Assembly (NCBI RefSeq): GCF_048551975.1
Contig: NZ_JBIMCF010000015.1
Coordinates: 4,244-44,243 of the forward strand
Length of the DNA: 40,000 nt
Direction of reading: 5' to 3'
Source of the DNA: Acinetobacter johnsonii
Lineage (GTDB): Bacteria; Pseudomonadota; Gammaproteobacteria; Pseudomonadales; Moraxellaceae
The notes under the pieces were generated by a model, which was given only the letters and a program-made list of their open reading frames with translations, was not told the DNA's origin and did no database searches. Below, in pieces: positions 19,901 to 28,718 of this stretch (positions are counted from its first letter, which is position 1; every line of letters begins with the position of its first letter). The translations under genes were made by a program, and so were the position numbers.

Positions 19901-20743
19901 GGTTCACTCAAACAGTTACTTGAGCATATCAACAGCAAAGGCTATGGCCTAACGATGGGTCTACATACTCGTATTGATGAAACCATTCAAACTGTAATGA
20001 CCCATGCTGAAGTAGGTAATCTCTACATCAACCGTAACATCGTGGGTGCAGTTGTCGGCGTACAACCTTTTGGTGGCGAAGGTTTATCAGGTACAGGCCC
20101 TAAAGCAGGTGGTCCAATTTATCTATATCGCCTAATGCAAAACTGCTCTGCGAAAAAGTTAAACAAACCTTTTGCAACAGGTGCTGATTTGAACCCTCAG
20201 GTCGAGTTCAGCAACTCTGCATTGTTCCTTGAGTGGGCAGCTAAAACCTTCCCAGCAGTGAAATTGGCAAAAATTGAGAACTTCTGTTCAGGTCATCATT
20301 ACGAGCTGCAAGGTCCAACAGGTGAAAGCAACCAATACATGGTGATTCCACGTCATGCAGTGTTGTCATTAGCTGAACAAGAAGCGGATCAGCTACAACA
20401 GTTGAATGCGATTTTTGCAGTGGGTAGCCGTCCAGCAGTGCTTGCAGATAACAGCTTTGTGCTAAAACACATGCCAAGCATGCCTAAAGCATTGGCTCAA
20501 GCATTCCATGTCATCAAAGACATCAAAACTGATGCTTTTGATGCAGTACTACACCATGGTACGACAGCGCAACTTTTAGCTCTGCAACAGCAGATTGCTG
20601 AGCGTCAAGGTGCGATTGTCGGTATTACTCACCTTAGCCCATCACAAACTGCCATTCCTTTAGAACGTTTTGTGATTGAACGCGCTATTAGTGTTAACAC
20701 CGCAGCTGCTGGTGGTAATGCAAGTCTCATGACTTTGAACTAA
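16988..20743 (+). CDS. putA: Bifunctional proline dehydrogenase / L-glutamate-gamma-semialdehyde dehydrogenase PutA
   Basis: About 1250 aa with a PRODH barrel region followed by an aldehyde dehydrogenase domain (ISPWNFPLAI, ETGGQNAMIVD, GQRCSALR). The track ORF starts at 16967, but an AGGA 7 nt upstream favours the ATG at 16988. Confidence 0.95.
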   Translation: MNMMESNTHFNDAQTQFEYITEFKEKSELEVEINTAWRRAETDCVQNLLDHSKISDEMNQRIHELAFDLAHTLRERKSGSGKAGIVQGLLQEFALSSQEGIALMCLAEALLRIPDMATRDLLIKDKINQGNWKEHVGQSNLMFVNAAAWGLMLTGKLMETPKQNSLSGTLTGLLARSGRGIIRKAVDVAMRMMGEQFVTGETIGEALQHAERLEEKGFRYSYDMLGEAALTDHDADRYMKDYTDAIHAIGQASKDKDVYDGPGISIKLSALHPRYQRAQIARVHDELYGKVFVLAKLARGYNIGLNIDAEESERLEISLEMLERLCFEPELKDWKGIGFVIQAYQKRCFYVVDYIVDLAKRSEKRLMIRLVKGAYWDSEIKKAQIEGMTDYPVFTRKVHTDLSYIACAKKLLAAPEQIYPQFATHNAQTLATIYEMANPEKYYVGQYEFQCLHGMGEPLYEQVVGEKQDKKLGVPCRIYAPVGNHETLLAYLVRRLLENGANTSFVNRIADKSLAIDDLIENPTQTILSSAKRENIVGQKHLSIPLPAELYGQLRANSKGLDLANDSALAQLNQTAQQFAKHQWSAAPMGEHIQTNDAVAPQTIINPARHSDVVGYVQEATTEQVEQALNNAQAVQEIWARTAKDTRASYLLRAADLMEARLEELMVLLCRESGKTYANAIAEVREAVDFLRYYATQMIDLDANAEVKPLGTMLCISPWNFPLAIFTGQVAAALVAGNTVIAKPAEQTPLIAAQAIQILWQAGVPQAAVQLMPGRGETVGAQLSAAEQVQGIMFTGSTEVAKILQKTVAKRLSKTGESIPLIAETGGQNAMIVDSSALTEQVVLDVVSSAYDSAGQRCSALRVLCVQEDNADAVIQMLKGAMQQLQVGNPYLLKTDIGPVIDAEAQENIQKHIDKMRQKGHRVHQLMRNDAQDAELEAGTFITPTLIELPNLNDLEREVFGPVLHVIRFNQGSLKQLLEHINSKGYGLTMGLHTRIDETIQTVMTHAEVGNLYINRNIVGAVVGVQPFGGEGLSGTGPKAGGPIYLYRLMQNCSAKKLNKPFATGADLNPQVEFSNSALFLEWAAKTFPAVKLAKIENFCSGHHYELQGPTGESNQYMVIPRHAVLSLAEQEADQLQQLNAIFAVGSRPAVLADNSFVLKHMPSMPKALAQAFHVIKDIKTDAFDAVLHHGTTAQLLALQQQIAERQGAIVGITHLSPSQTAIPLERFVIERAISVNTAAAGGNASLMTLN

Positions 20744-20752
20744 GCCGAATTT

Positions 20753-20790
20753 AAACCTGTAGCCCTCATCGGGACTGCAGGTTTATTATT
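20753..20790 (+). terminator. putA terminator hairpin
   Basis: AAACCTGTAGCCC (20753-20765) pairs with GGGACTGCAGGTTT (20771-20784) with one bulge. A T-rich tail follows. Confidence 0.6.
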
Positions 20791-21010
20791 GTGTTTCCTC
20801 TATTGCCAAGTCAACATCTCCTGGTCTGTTTACTTGGCATTTTTTATGCGACTCGGTTTGGCCTAATCTGCTCGAAAATTTCCGATATGGCACAGCATCA
20901 AGCCATCTGTAGCATAAATAAAGCCCACGCTTTTGCTGAATATCTTTAGGCTAATTCGGCAAACTTTGTTACCATCTCTTTTTTCAATATGTTTGCGATT
21001 TTTACTGCAT

Positions 21011-22093
21011 ATGACTTCTTCTTATCAACAACAACTTGACGCCAAAATTGAACGAATTACAGCTCAATTTGCTGAATTCACTCCACCTTCGCTTGAAGTT
21101 TTTCAATCTCCTGAAAAACACTTTCGTATGCGTGCAGAATTCCGTATTTGGCATACCGAAGATGATATGTTTTATGCCATGTTTGAACGCGATGAAGACA
21201 ATCAGAAAAAAGTCATTCGTATTGATGACTTCCCAATCGCTGATGCCAGTATTAATCAGCTCATGCCTGTTTTATTGGCAGAATTAAAAAGTAATGATCT
21301 CCTGTCAAAACGCTTATTTGAAGTGCATTTCTTAGCAACCTTGAAAGGTGAAATGCTGGTTTCGCTGATTTATCGCTGCCCACTCGATGAACAATGGCAG
21401 GTTTTAGCCAAACAACTTTCAGAAAAATTAAATATAAAGTTGATTGGCCGTAGCCGTGGTCAAAAAGTGGTACTCAGCGATGAGTTTGTAGTGGAAGAAC
21501 TACAAGTATTTGAGCGTAAGTATCAGTACAAACAAATTGAAAGTAGCTTTACGCAGCCCAATGCGCAAGTCTGCCAAAAAATGCTCGAATGGGCCTGCAA
21601 TGTTGCACAACAGTCCAACAAAGATTTGTTAGAACTTTACTGTGGTAATGGTAACTTTACCCTACCGCTTTCCACCCGTTTCAACCGTGTTTTAGCCACT
21701 GAGCTAGCTAAGTCCTCGGTGTATGCAGCACAGTGGAACATCGAACAAAACCACATCGATAATATTCAAGTCGCGCGTTTATCGGCAGAAGACTTCACAC
21801 AAGCCTATAACGGCGAGCGCGAATTCCGTCGCATACAAGAAGCAAATATCGATATGAGCAGCTATGAGTTCGATACGGTGTTTGTTGACCCACCGCGTGC
21901 AGGTATTGATGATGAAACCTTGAAATTGATTCAGCGTTTTGAACGGATCATCTATATTTCTTGTAATCCGGACACCTTGCATGACAACTTAAAAACACTC
22001 AGCCAAACCCATAAAATTTCACAGTTTGCGCTGTTTGACCAATTCCCTTATACCCACCATGTCGAGTCTGGGGTTTTGCTGGAAAAAATTTAA
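21011..22093 (+). CDS. trmA: tRNA (uracil54-C5)-methyltransferase TrmA
   Basis: Collinear with E. coli TrmA ([58 protein letters not shown]). The ATG at 21011 ([13 protein letters not shown]) fits the family; the upstream extension in the track ORF is unlikely to be coding. Confidence 0.95.
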   Translation: MTSSYQQQLDAKIERITAQFAEFTPPSLEVFQSPEKHFRMRAEFRIWHTEDDMFYAMFERDEDNQKKVIRIDDFPIADASINQLMPVLLAELKSNDLLSKRLFEVHFLATLKGEMLVSLIYRCPLDEQWQVLAKQLSEKLNIKLIGRSRGQKVVLSDEFVVEELQVFERKYQYKQIESSFTQPNAQVCQKMLEWACNVAQQSNKDLLELYCGNGNFTLPLSTRFNRVLATELAKSSVYAAQWNIEQNHIDNIQVARLSAEDFTQAYNGEREFRRIQEANIDMSSYEFDTVFVDPPRAGIDDETLKLIQRFERIIYISCNPDTLHDNLKTLSQTHKISQFALFDQFPYTHHVESGVLLEKI

Positions 22094-22120
22094 ACAATTT
22101 GTTGCAACTTAAACCGTATA

Positions 22121-22149
22121 AAAAAGAAGCTCGAATGAGCTTCTTTTTT
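22121..22149 (+). terminator. trmA rho-independent terminator
   Basis: GAAGCTC (22126-22132) / GAGCTTC (22137-22143) with loop GAAT, then TTTTTTA. Confidence 0.85.
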
Positions 22150-22336
22150 AATTTTCATGAAAAAAATATAAGCTTATATAAAATGCAAGTATTTCAACTG
22201 TCATAATAACGTTAATACCTGGCGCTATAATCGGAATTTTTCGACATCGATCGTTGCTTTTATCTCTCACGCTGACTTGCATTATTTTACAGATTGGCTA
22301 TATTTCACCCTATGTTAGGTTGTAAATGAAGTCTAT

Positions 22337-22561
22337 ATGAGTTTTTGGCAAAAGCTGTTTTCGAATGAACAGCAAAACGAGCATAAAAATCAAATTGCTT
22401 GTGTTGAAAATGACTGCTCTTGTAAAACCAATGAACAGCTCATCGAAAAGCTTAAAACAGCGACCGATGAAGACGTGATTGTTGGGATTAAAAAAGTATT
22501 AGCTTCTCGTGGCTATGGCCGTAAGGAGTTAAATGAACTTCAGCATCGACCTCTACAGTAG
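22337..22561 (+). CDS. Hypothetical small protein (74 aa)
   Basis: Intact ORF bracketed by its own upstream AT-rich region and a strong downstream terminator. No recognisable domain and a weak ribosome-binding site. Confidence 0.5.
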   Translation: MSFWQKLFSNEQQNEHKNQIACVENDCSCKTNEQLIEKLKTATDEDVIVGIKKVLASRGYGRKELNELQHRPLQ

Positions 22562-22582
22562 TAGAGTCACTGAATATTCATC

Positions 22583-22617
22583 AAAAAGGCACTTAGATCA
22601 ATCTAAGTGCCTTTTTT
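22583..22617 (+). terminator. Rho-independent terminator after the 74-aa ORF
   Basis: AGGCACTTAGA / TCTAAGTGCCT 11-bp stem with a 4-nt loop, followed by TTTTT. Confidence 0.85.
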
Positions 22618-22768
22618 AATGTCTGTAAATCATTCGCCTTATAAAAAACCAAGATATATGAAGCACAGCACACTTTGCACGTTTAAATATTATACAAAGC
22701 CTGAATTTTTTGTTACCTTACAGGCTCAATATAAAATCAATAATTTTTTAAAATTAAAGGTTTAAGCA

Positions 22769-23017
22769 ATGAAAAAATTACTTATGGTCAGCACATGTAT
22801 TACCCTTTTATCTTTAGCAGCATGTAGCAAGATGCCGAAAGCTTGTGTTGAGTCTTGGGAAAAAATGGAAAAACTTTCCGAGCAGATGGGTTTACCTGAA
22901 GAACAAATCAAAGAACAAAAAAAGAAATTTGAAGAAGATGTGAAAGCCATGAACACCGAAGAAGCAACACGCATGTGCAGCACCCAAAATTCACTTTTAG
23001 GTCTAGTGGATCAATAA
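22769..23017 (+). CDS. Small lipoprotein (82 aa)
   Basis: Signal peptide with the lipobox MKKLLMVSTCITLLSLAAC. The mature part is charged and helical. AAAGG lies upstream of the ATG, and the gene has its own terminator. Confidence 0.7.
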   Translation: MKKLLMVSTCITLLSLAACSKMPKACVESWEKMEKLSEQMGLPEEQIKEQKKKFEEDVKAMNTEEATRMCSTQNSLLGLVDQ

Positions 23018-23033
23018 ACATCGCCTTATCTTT

Positions 23034-23058
23034 AAAAGGGATGCTTGCATCCTTTTTT
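23034..23058 (+). terminator. Rho-independent terminator after the lipoprotein gene
   Basis: AAAAGGGATGC-TT-GCATCCTTTTTT hairpin with a T-run. Confidence 0.75.
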
Positions 23059-23218
23059 AATGTAAAGACGTAAGCTAGATACTCCTTCCCAATAGGTCTC
23101 TTTTATTTCTATCATCGTAAACTCAAATAACCGAAACCCACTAAACAGTCGCTAATTCCCAGCAGAAGCTTTAAAATAGAGATAAAAGACAACTGTAATG
23201 AATTAGCACGTATTAGGC

Positions 23219-23758
23219 ATGCAACAACAAAAAGTCCACTACCCCTTGGGGGCTCATCTTATAGTCAAACATTTTGGCTATACGCATCACGGCATATATG
23301 TTGGGCGTGGACGTGTGATCCATTATTCAGGTTTTGCACATCTTTTTAAAAAGCATCCGATTGAAATAACTTCCATCGAGAACTTTAGCCATGGACGTAA
23401 AATTACAGTCAATCAGTACCAAAACCCCAAATATAAAGGTCGTAAAGTTGTTCGCCGTATGCGCTCACGCATGCATGAAAACAACTACCATCTTATTATC
23501 AATAACTGTGAACACTTGTGCACGTGGGCCATTACAGGCGTTGAAAGCAGCCCACAAGTCATCAAGATGATGAATCGACTCACTACGATTGGCTATGTGA
23601 GCTCTATGATGAGTTTCATGAACAGTCTCATGTTAACCTTAACCACCACCTGTTTTGCCTTAGTGCTCTATATCAAAAAGAAATTACGTGATAAGGCCAA
23701 ACAGCAGCTCGGCAACTATTTTGAGTTTAAAGAAGAACACTCTAAAAAAGATCACTGA
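23219..23758 (+). CDS. LRAT/PLAAT-like NlpC/P60-superfamily protein with C-terminal membrane anchor
   Basis: Catalytic-type motifs of the lecithin:retinol acyltransferase / H-rev107 family are present: YTHHGIYVG (His) and IINNCEHLCTWA (NCEH cysteine). A hydrophobic C-terminal segment follows (IGYVSSMMSFMNSLMLTLTTTCFALVLYI), then a basic tail. Confidence 0.7.
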   Translation: MQQQKVHYPLGAHLIVKHFGYTHHGIYVGRGRVIHYSGFAHLFKKHPIEITSIENFSHGRKITVNQYQNPKYKGRKVVRRMRSRMHENNYHLIINNCEHLCTWAITGVESSPQVIKMMNRLTTIGYVSSMMSFMNSLMLTLTTTCFALVLYIKKKLRDKAKQQLGNYFEFKEEHSKKDH

Positions 23759-24213
23759 TGTGAACGTAACTGAAAAGGCGGGAATTTATCTTCCACCAAG
23801 TTGAGCTGGATATCGTATTCAAGCCATGCCTTGGCACCATCTAGCACTGTAGTAAAGCCACCTGTTGCATCCATCACATAATGAATCAGCTCATTACCTT
23901 GTAACTCAATGTCATAATTTCGAATGATCACATAGGTATTCATGCTGTCGATTTTTTCAAATACAAAATCAACTTTTGTTTTAGGCGTGCCCCATTCGAT
24001 GCAGATCAGCTCATTTTCAACGACTTGTAGGACATGAGTCGAGTGCGTAATTTGGTATTTATCCCATGTCCAATCGACCATTGCGCCTTTTTCTAAATAG
24101 CCCGAAGACTGACTAAACCAAAACTTGGTAGTTATGAGTGGATCAACAAAAGCGTTAAACACAATATTAACAGAACGTCGAATCAGCATCTGAGTTTCGA
24201 TCACGGTAGTCAT
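23752..24213 (-). CDS. SRPBCC-superfamily (AHSA1/START-like) protein
   Basis: About 153 aa. MTTVIETQMLIRRSVNIVFNAFVDPLITTKFWF... is the typical N-terminus of Aha1-like SRPBCC proteins. The ATG at 24213, with AGGGA upstream, is preferred over the track start at 24270. Confidence 0.7.
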   Translation of the reverse strand: MTTVIETQMLIRRSVNIVFNAFVDPLITTKFWFSQSSGYLEKGAMVDWTWDKYQITHSTHVLQVVENELICIEWGTPKTKVDFVFEKIDSMNTYVIIRNYDIELQGNELIHYVMDATGGFTTVLDGAKAWLEYDIQLNLVEDKFPPFQLRSHQ

Positions 24214-24332
24214 TGTTATATCCCTATCACTTTTAAACTTAGTGATAGCACATCTCAATAAACCAATCATATCGAAAATTTGTTATGGCTCAGGCAATAC
24301 ACTCATTTTCTGTTATGGATTTGTTCACGGCT

Positions 24333-25244
24333 TTAACTTAAATTGGCTCTATGCGCACTTACTGGTTCTGGCAAGGACTCATTTAAAGAACTGAGCATTT
24401 CACGCTCTATGCCCCGCACAATAGCATCTAAAGGCAAGTCATTTTCTTGAAGTCCAAAAGGTTCTTCTAACTCTGCACTTAGCGCATCTAAACCCAATAA
24501 GAGATAGGCAATTAAGGCCACGATCACCGGTGACCAAAAACCGAGACTGGAACTTAAACTAAAAGGTAAAATGAGACAGAAAGAGTACACGGCACGGTGT
24601 AACAAAACCGAATAAGAAAATGGCAGAGGTGTAGATGAAATACGATCACAACCAGCGTGAATATCTCCCATTGCCACTGTATGTTTAGTCAACATACTGT
24701 AAATAATATCGCTAATCTCACCACGCTTATACAACGCCGCCAGATCTTTCTGCGTAAGCTCTAATAGATATTGCGGTGGATTAATATGCGTAGCCAATAC
24801 CTGCCACTGCTCTGCTGTCAGTTGAACTTTGGCTTGATAGTGGTCATAGGTATGACTTTGCTGCCGTAAACGATCTCGAAGCAAATGACTAAATAACATC
24901 ACGCGATACATCAAAACTGTACGCTCTGCATCATTTAAGACATAACTATCACGAATCATATGCCGTGCGTTGGCAATCATTGCGCCCCATAGCTTACGCC
25001 CTTCCCACCAACGGTCATAACACGCTGTATTTCGAAAGCTTAAGAAAATAGAAAGAATCACACCAAATACAGTAAAACCAATCACAGGCACTGCAGGAGC
25101 AGTCACGTAATGTTGAGTCGCTAGATAAACCAACAGTGTTGAAATTAAAACACCGACCATCAGTGCCGGAAACACTTTCGGTAAAATAGTGCCACGCCAA
25201 GCAAAGAGTAATGCAAAGCTATTGGTTTTATCTCGAACAATCAC
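24333..25244 (-). CDS. Bestrophin-family (YneE/UPF0187) anion channel
   Basis: 303 aa, collinear with E. coli YneE (MIVR...W.G.IL.K, GFRN..CYDRWWEGRKLWG, GCDRISSTPLPFSYSVLLHR, EEPFG...NDLPLDAI). Confidence 0.9.
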   Translation of the reverse strand: MIVRDKTNSFALLFAWRGTILPKVFPALMVGVLISTLLVYLATQHYVTAPAVPVIGFTVFGVILSIFLSFRNTACYDRWWEGRKLWGAMIANARHMIRDSYVLNDAERTVLMYRVMLFSHLLRDRLRQQSHTYDHYQAKVQLTAEQWQVLATHINPPQYLLELTQKDLAALYKRGEISDIIYSMLTKHTVAMGDIHAGCDRISSTPLPFSYSVLLHRAVYSFCLILPFSLSSSLGFWSPVIVALIAYLLLGLDALSAELEEPFGLQENDLPLDAIVRGIEREMLSSLNESLPEPVSAHRANLS

Positions 25245-25266
25245 AGTGTATTCCTATTGGTTTGCT

Positions 25267-25295
25267 ACGAAAAGGCTCAACCGAAGTTGAGCCTT
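25267..25295 (-). terminator. glnS rho-independent terminator
   Basis: AAGGCTCAAC (25272-25281) / GTTGAGCCTT (25286-25295) with a 4-nt loop. On the minus strand it is followed by TTTT. Confidence 0.8.
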
Positions 25296-25324
25296 AATCT
25301 ATATCCACATCAAGCAAACAGCGC

Positions 25325-27043
25325 TTATTTAGGCTTAAAGCTGTCTTTTAAATCTAAAATACGGTTAAACACAGGTTTTTCTGCTGTATGGTCGTATTGA
25401 TCTGCAACAAAATAACCTTCACGTTCAAATTGGAAACGGTCTTCAGGCTGTGCTTGCGCCAATGCAGGCTCAATCACCGCGTGTACAATTTTCAACGAAT
25501 CAGGGTTTAAGTTCGCTAAGAAATCATCTCCCACTTCAGGGTCCGACTCTGTAAAGAGGCGATCATAAATACGCACTTCAGCAGGAATGCCTTTAGTCGC
25601 AGATACCCAGTGAATCACCCCTTTAATTTTACGACCTTCTGGATTTTTGCCCAAAGTTTCAGGGTCGATTGAACATTTCAACTCAACCACTTTACCGTTT
25701 TCATCTTTAATTACTTCATCACACTTAATGACATAAGCATGGCGCAAACGAACTTCACCACCCGGAATTAAACGCTTGAAGCCTTTTGGTGGTTCTTCTT
25801 CAAAGTCTTTACGGTCAATGTAAATTTCAGAGGTTAACGGAATTACACGCTCACCCATGTCTACATTTGGATGACGTGAATGGGTTAAATCCATATCGTT
25901 AGGCAAGTTGGTGAGCGTAACTTTAAGTGGGTTCAACACCGCCATGCCACGTGCCGCAACATTTTCTAGAGACTGACGGATACAATATTCAAGCATTGCA
26001 ACATCAACAATACCATCTGACTTCGACACACCAACACGCTTACAGAAGTCACGTAGGCCTTCTGGGGTAAAACCACGACGACGCATACCTACAACGGTTG
26101 GCATACGTGGGTCATCCCATCCATTGACATAACCACCTTCAACCAATTTACGTAATTTACGCTTAGAGGTAATGGTGTAGTCGATATTTAAACGACTAGA
26201 CTCATACTGACGTGGTACTGCTTCCGAGTGAACTTTCTCAACCACCCAGTCATAAAACGGACGGTGGTCTTGGAATTCCAAAGTACATAATGAGTGAGTA
26301 ATGCCTTCAATCGCATCGGATAATGGATGCGCATAGTCGTACATTGGGTACATTTTCCATTTATCACCTGTTTGGTGATGCTCTGAATGGAGTACACGGT
26401 ACAAAATAGGATCACGCATATGCACATTTGGAGATGCCATATCGATCTTGGCACGCAGAACAGCTTCACCTTCTGCAAACTCGCCATTGTTCATTTTTTC
26501 AAAACGTGCAAGGTTTTCTTCAACTGAAGTATCGCGGTAAGGCGAGTTTTTACCTGGCTCAATAAAGTTACCACGGTTCAAACGAATTTCTTCAGGTGAC
26601 TGCAAATCAACATAAGCATCACCCTGTTTAATCAGTTGAATCGCCCATGCATGGAGTTGATCGAAATAGCTTGACGCATAGCGTGGTTCGCCATTCCACT
26701 CAAAACCCAACCATTTAACGTCGTTGGCGATCCCATCTACATATTCTTGTTCTTCTGCATCTGGGTTGGTGTCATCAAAACGTAGATTGCAAAAACCATC
26801 AAACTCGTTGGCAATACCAAAGTTTAAGCAAATCGCTTTCACGTGACCAATGTGTAAATAACCATTCGGCTCTGGCGGGAAACGCGTGACTACTTTTTGC
26901 GTACGACCTTCAGCCAAATCTTCGGTAATCACTTGGCGAATAAAATCTAAGCCTGGCTGTTGTTCTTGCTGCGCTGCGACAGAGGCATTGTTACTTGGTG
27001 TCGGGTTATTTGGCAGTGTTGAAACAACATCATTCGGCTTCAT
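25325..27043 (-). CDS. glnS: Glutamine--tRNA ligase
   Basis: 572 aa with class I synthetase motifs ([11 protein letters not shown]; ITSKRKL as the KMSKS equivalent) and a GlnRS-type anticodon-binding C-terminus. An Asn/Gln-rich N-terminal extension of about 30 aa is present. Confidence 0.96.
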   Translation of the reverse strand: MKPNDVVSTLPNNPTPSNNASVAAQQEQQPGLDFIRQVITEDLAEGRTQKVVTRFPPEPNGYLHIGHVKAICLNFGIANEFDGFCNLRFDDTNPDAEEQEYVDGIANDVKWLGFEWNGEPRYASSYFDQLHAWAIQLIKQGDAYVDLQSPEEIRLNRGNFIEPGKNSPYRDTSVEENLARFEKMNNGEFAEGEAVLRAKIDMASPNVHMRDPILYRVLHSEHHQTGDKWKMYPMYDYAHPLSDAIEGITHSLCTLEFQDHRPFYDWVVEKVHSEAVPRQYESSRLNIDYTITSKRKLRKLVEGGYVNGWDDPRMPTVVGMRRRGFTPEGLRDFCKRVGVSKSDGIVDVAMLEYCIRQSLENVAARGMAVLNPLKVTLTNLPNDMDLTHSRHPNVDMGERVIPLTSEIYIDRKDFEEEPPKGFKRLIPGGEVRLRHAYVIKCDEVIKDENGKVVELKCSIDPETLGKNPEGRKIKGVIHWVSATKGIPAEVRIYDRLFTESDPEVGDDFLANLNPDSLKIVHAVIEPALAQAQPEDRFQFEREGYFVADQYDHTAEKPVFNRILDLKDSFKPK

Positions 27044-27278
27044 AGTTTAAAAATCACTTTGATGAAAAAAATTAAGGAAAAATAGGGTCCTGCTATACGA
27101 GCATAATTCTAACTGATCTATCAGTCGATTTATGAATATTTTACAGTCCCTTAAACGATATTTGATCTATTTTACAAAGAAAATAACGTTTTTACTTGCC
27201 TTGTAGTTTACAGTTTGCTTATGCTTCTCACAACCAAAAAACCCATGGCTTTGATGTCCATGATTAGGAGATTACACA

Positions 27279-27788
27279 ATGAGTTTTCCTCAAGTCGAAT
27301 TAAACACCAATAAAGGTCGTATTGTTCTTGAACTTAACAACGAAAAAGCACCAATTACTGTTGCTAACTTCTTAGAATACGTACGTGACGGTTTCTATGA
27401 CGGCGTAATTTTCCACCGCGTGATTGATGGTTTCATGATCCAAGGTGGTGGTATGGATGAAAACTTCAAAGAAAAAGCAACACGTGATGCAATTGAAAAC
27501 GAAGCTGATAACGGCTTAACCAATGACCTTGGTACAATTGCAATGGCGCGCACACAAGCACCTCACTCTGCATCTGCTCAGTTCTTTATTAACGTGGGTA
27601 ACAACTCTTTCCTTAACCACTCTGGCAAAAATGCACAAGGTTGGGGTTATGCAGTTTTCGGTAAAGTAACTGAAGGTCTAGACGTAGTAAACGAAATTAA
27701 AGGCGTTCGTACTGGCAACCGTGGCTACCACGCTGACGTTCCACTAGAAAACGTTGTGATTGAATCTGCTAAGATCATTTCTGAATAA
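27279..27788 (+). CDS. ppiB: Peptidyl-prolyl cis-trans isomerase B (cyclophilin type)
   Basis: 169 aa with [14 protein letters not shown] and SASAQFFIN cyclophilin motifs and a strong AGGAG ribosome-binding site. Confidence 0.95.
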   Translation: MSFPQVELNTNKGRIVLELNNEKAPITVANFLEYVRDGFYDGVIFHRVIDGFMIQGGGMDENFKEKATRDAIENEADNGLTNDLGTIAMARTQAPHSASAQFFINVGNNSFLNHSGKNAQGWGYAVFGKVTEGLDVVNEIKGVRTGNRGYHADVPLENVVIESAKIISE

Positions 27789-27856
27789 GAATCCCACCCG
27801 ACCTCCCTTACACACATCATTTTAAAGCAGTGCTTTAAAATTCATTCAGGGAGGAG

Positions 27857-27882
27857 AAATCCCTCTTTTTAAAGAGGGATTT
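27857..27882 (+). terminator. Hairpin downstream of ppiB (possible terminator)
   Basis: AAATCCCTCT (27857-27866) / AGAGGGATTT (27873-27882), a 10-bp stem. It is preceded by a second AT-rich palindrome at 27819-27841. There is no clear U-tract beyond the stem. Confidence 0.35.
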
Positions 27883-27905
27883 AGGGAGATTCAAGAGAAT
27901 AATCC

Positions 27906-28628
27906 GTGACCTATCTGTTTATCGCAGATTTACACTTGTCACCCAATCACCCTCGACTTGTACGGGGGTTTTTAGATTTGCTAGACGCTTATCAAAATAA
28001 ACACACCCAACTGTATATTTTAGGCGACTGGTTTAATGCATGGATTGGCGATGATTACACAGCGCCATGGCTCGATGAAGTTGTTGCACATTTAAAGCAG
28101 TTTAGCCAAGCTGCTGGTAATCATATTTACTTTATTGTCGGCAATCGAGATTTTGCTTTAGGTCAGAAATTTCTAGATCAGTTTTCAGGGCAACTCCTAC
28201 CCGATGTGTACTCCCTGCAAATTGGCTCGCAACGAGTACGTTTAGAACATGGCGATGCCCTGTGTACCGATGATGTGTCTTATCAGAAATTCCGTAAAAT
28301 CATTCGAAACCCCATCATTTTAGCCATCTTAAAGAAAACACCATTGGCTTTTCGACAAAAAATTGCACAAGGTTTCCGAAAAAAAAGCCAACAAGCAAAT
28401 CAAGTTAAAAGTTATGACGTCATGGACGTGAATGCAGATGCAGTTGCACAAGCCTTGCAACGTTCCGATGTGTTAATTCATGGGCATACGCATCGTCCAA
28501 ATATTCACAATGAACACGGTAAGCCAAGAATTGTATTAGGCGATTGGCGCACGGATGCTGCGCAAATTTTAGAAATTAATCCACAACAAAACAATGTGGA
28601 ATTAAAATTAAAGATATGGAGTTACTAG
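27906..28628 (+). CDS. lpxH: UDP-2,3-diacylglucosamine diphosphatase LpxH
   Basis: 240 aa with calcineurin-like metallophosphoesterase motifs in LpxH order (FIADLHLS, ILGDWF, GNRDF, HGD, IHGHTHRP). GTG start. Confidence 0.93.
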   Translation: MTYLFIADLHLSPNHPRLVRGFLDLLDAYQNKHTQLYILGDWFNAWIGDDYTAPWLDEVVAHLKQFSQAAGNHIYFIVGNRDFALGQKFLDQFSGQLLPDVYSLQIGSQRVRLEHGDALCTDDVSYQKFRKIIRNPIILAILKKTPLAFRQKIAQGFRKKSQQANQVKSYDVMDVNADAVAQALQRSDVLIHGHTHRPNIHNEHGKPRIVLGDWRTDAAQILEINPQQNNVELKLKIWSY

Positions 28629-28718
28629 GATAAAAGTTGACAACATTAACTTCTAAGACTTGCTAAAACCGTTTTTAATATATTAATATTTCAATAACTT
28701 AGTTTTAAAATTTATAAT

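Noticed and set aside
17085-20477. Multiple 61-107-aa ORFs inside putA (both strands)
   Set aside because: They are shadow ORFs within a continuous, motif-rich 1250-aa PutA reading frame.
20933-21010. 26-codon N-terminal extension of trmA (and similar extensions of maf at 34641, the SRPBCC gene at 24270, HIT at 9490 and iscR at 1966)
   Set aside because: These extensions are hydrophobic or odd-composition, or overlap the upstream gene. Internal starts reproduce the conserved family N-termini.
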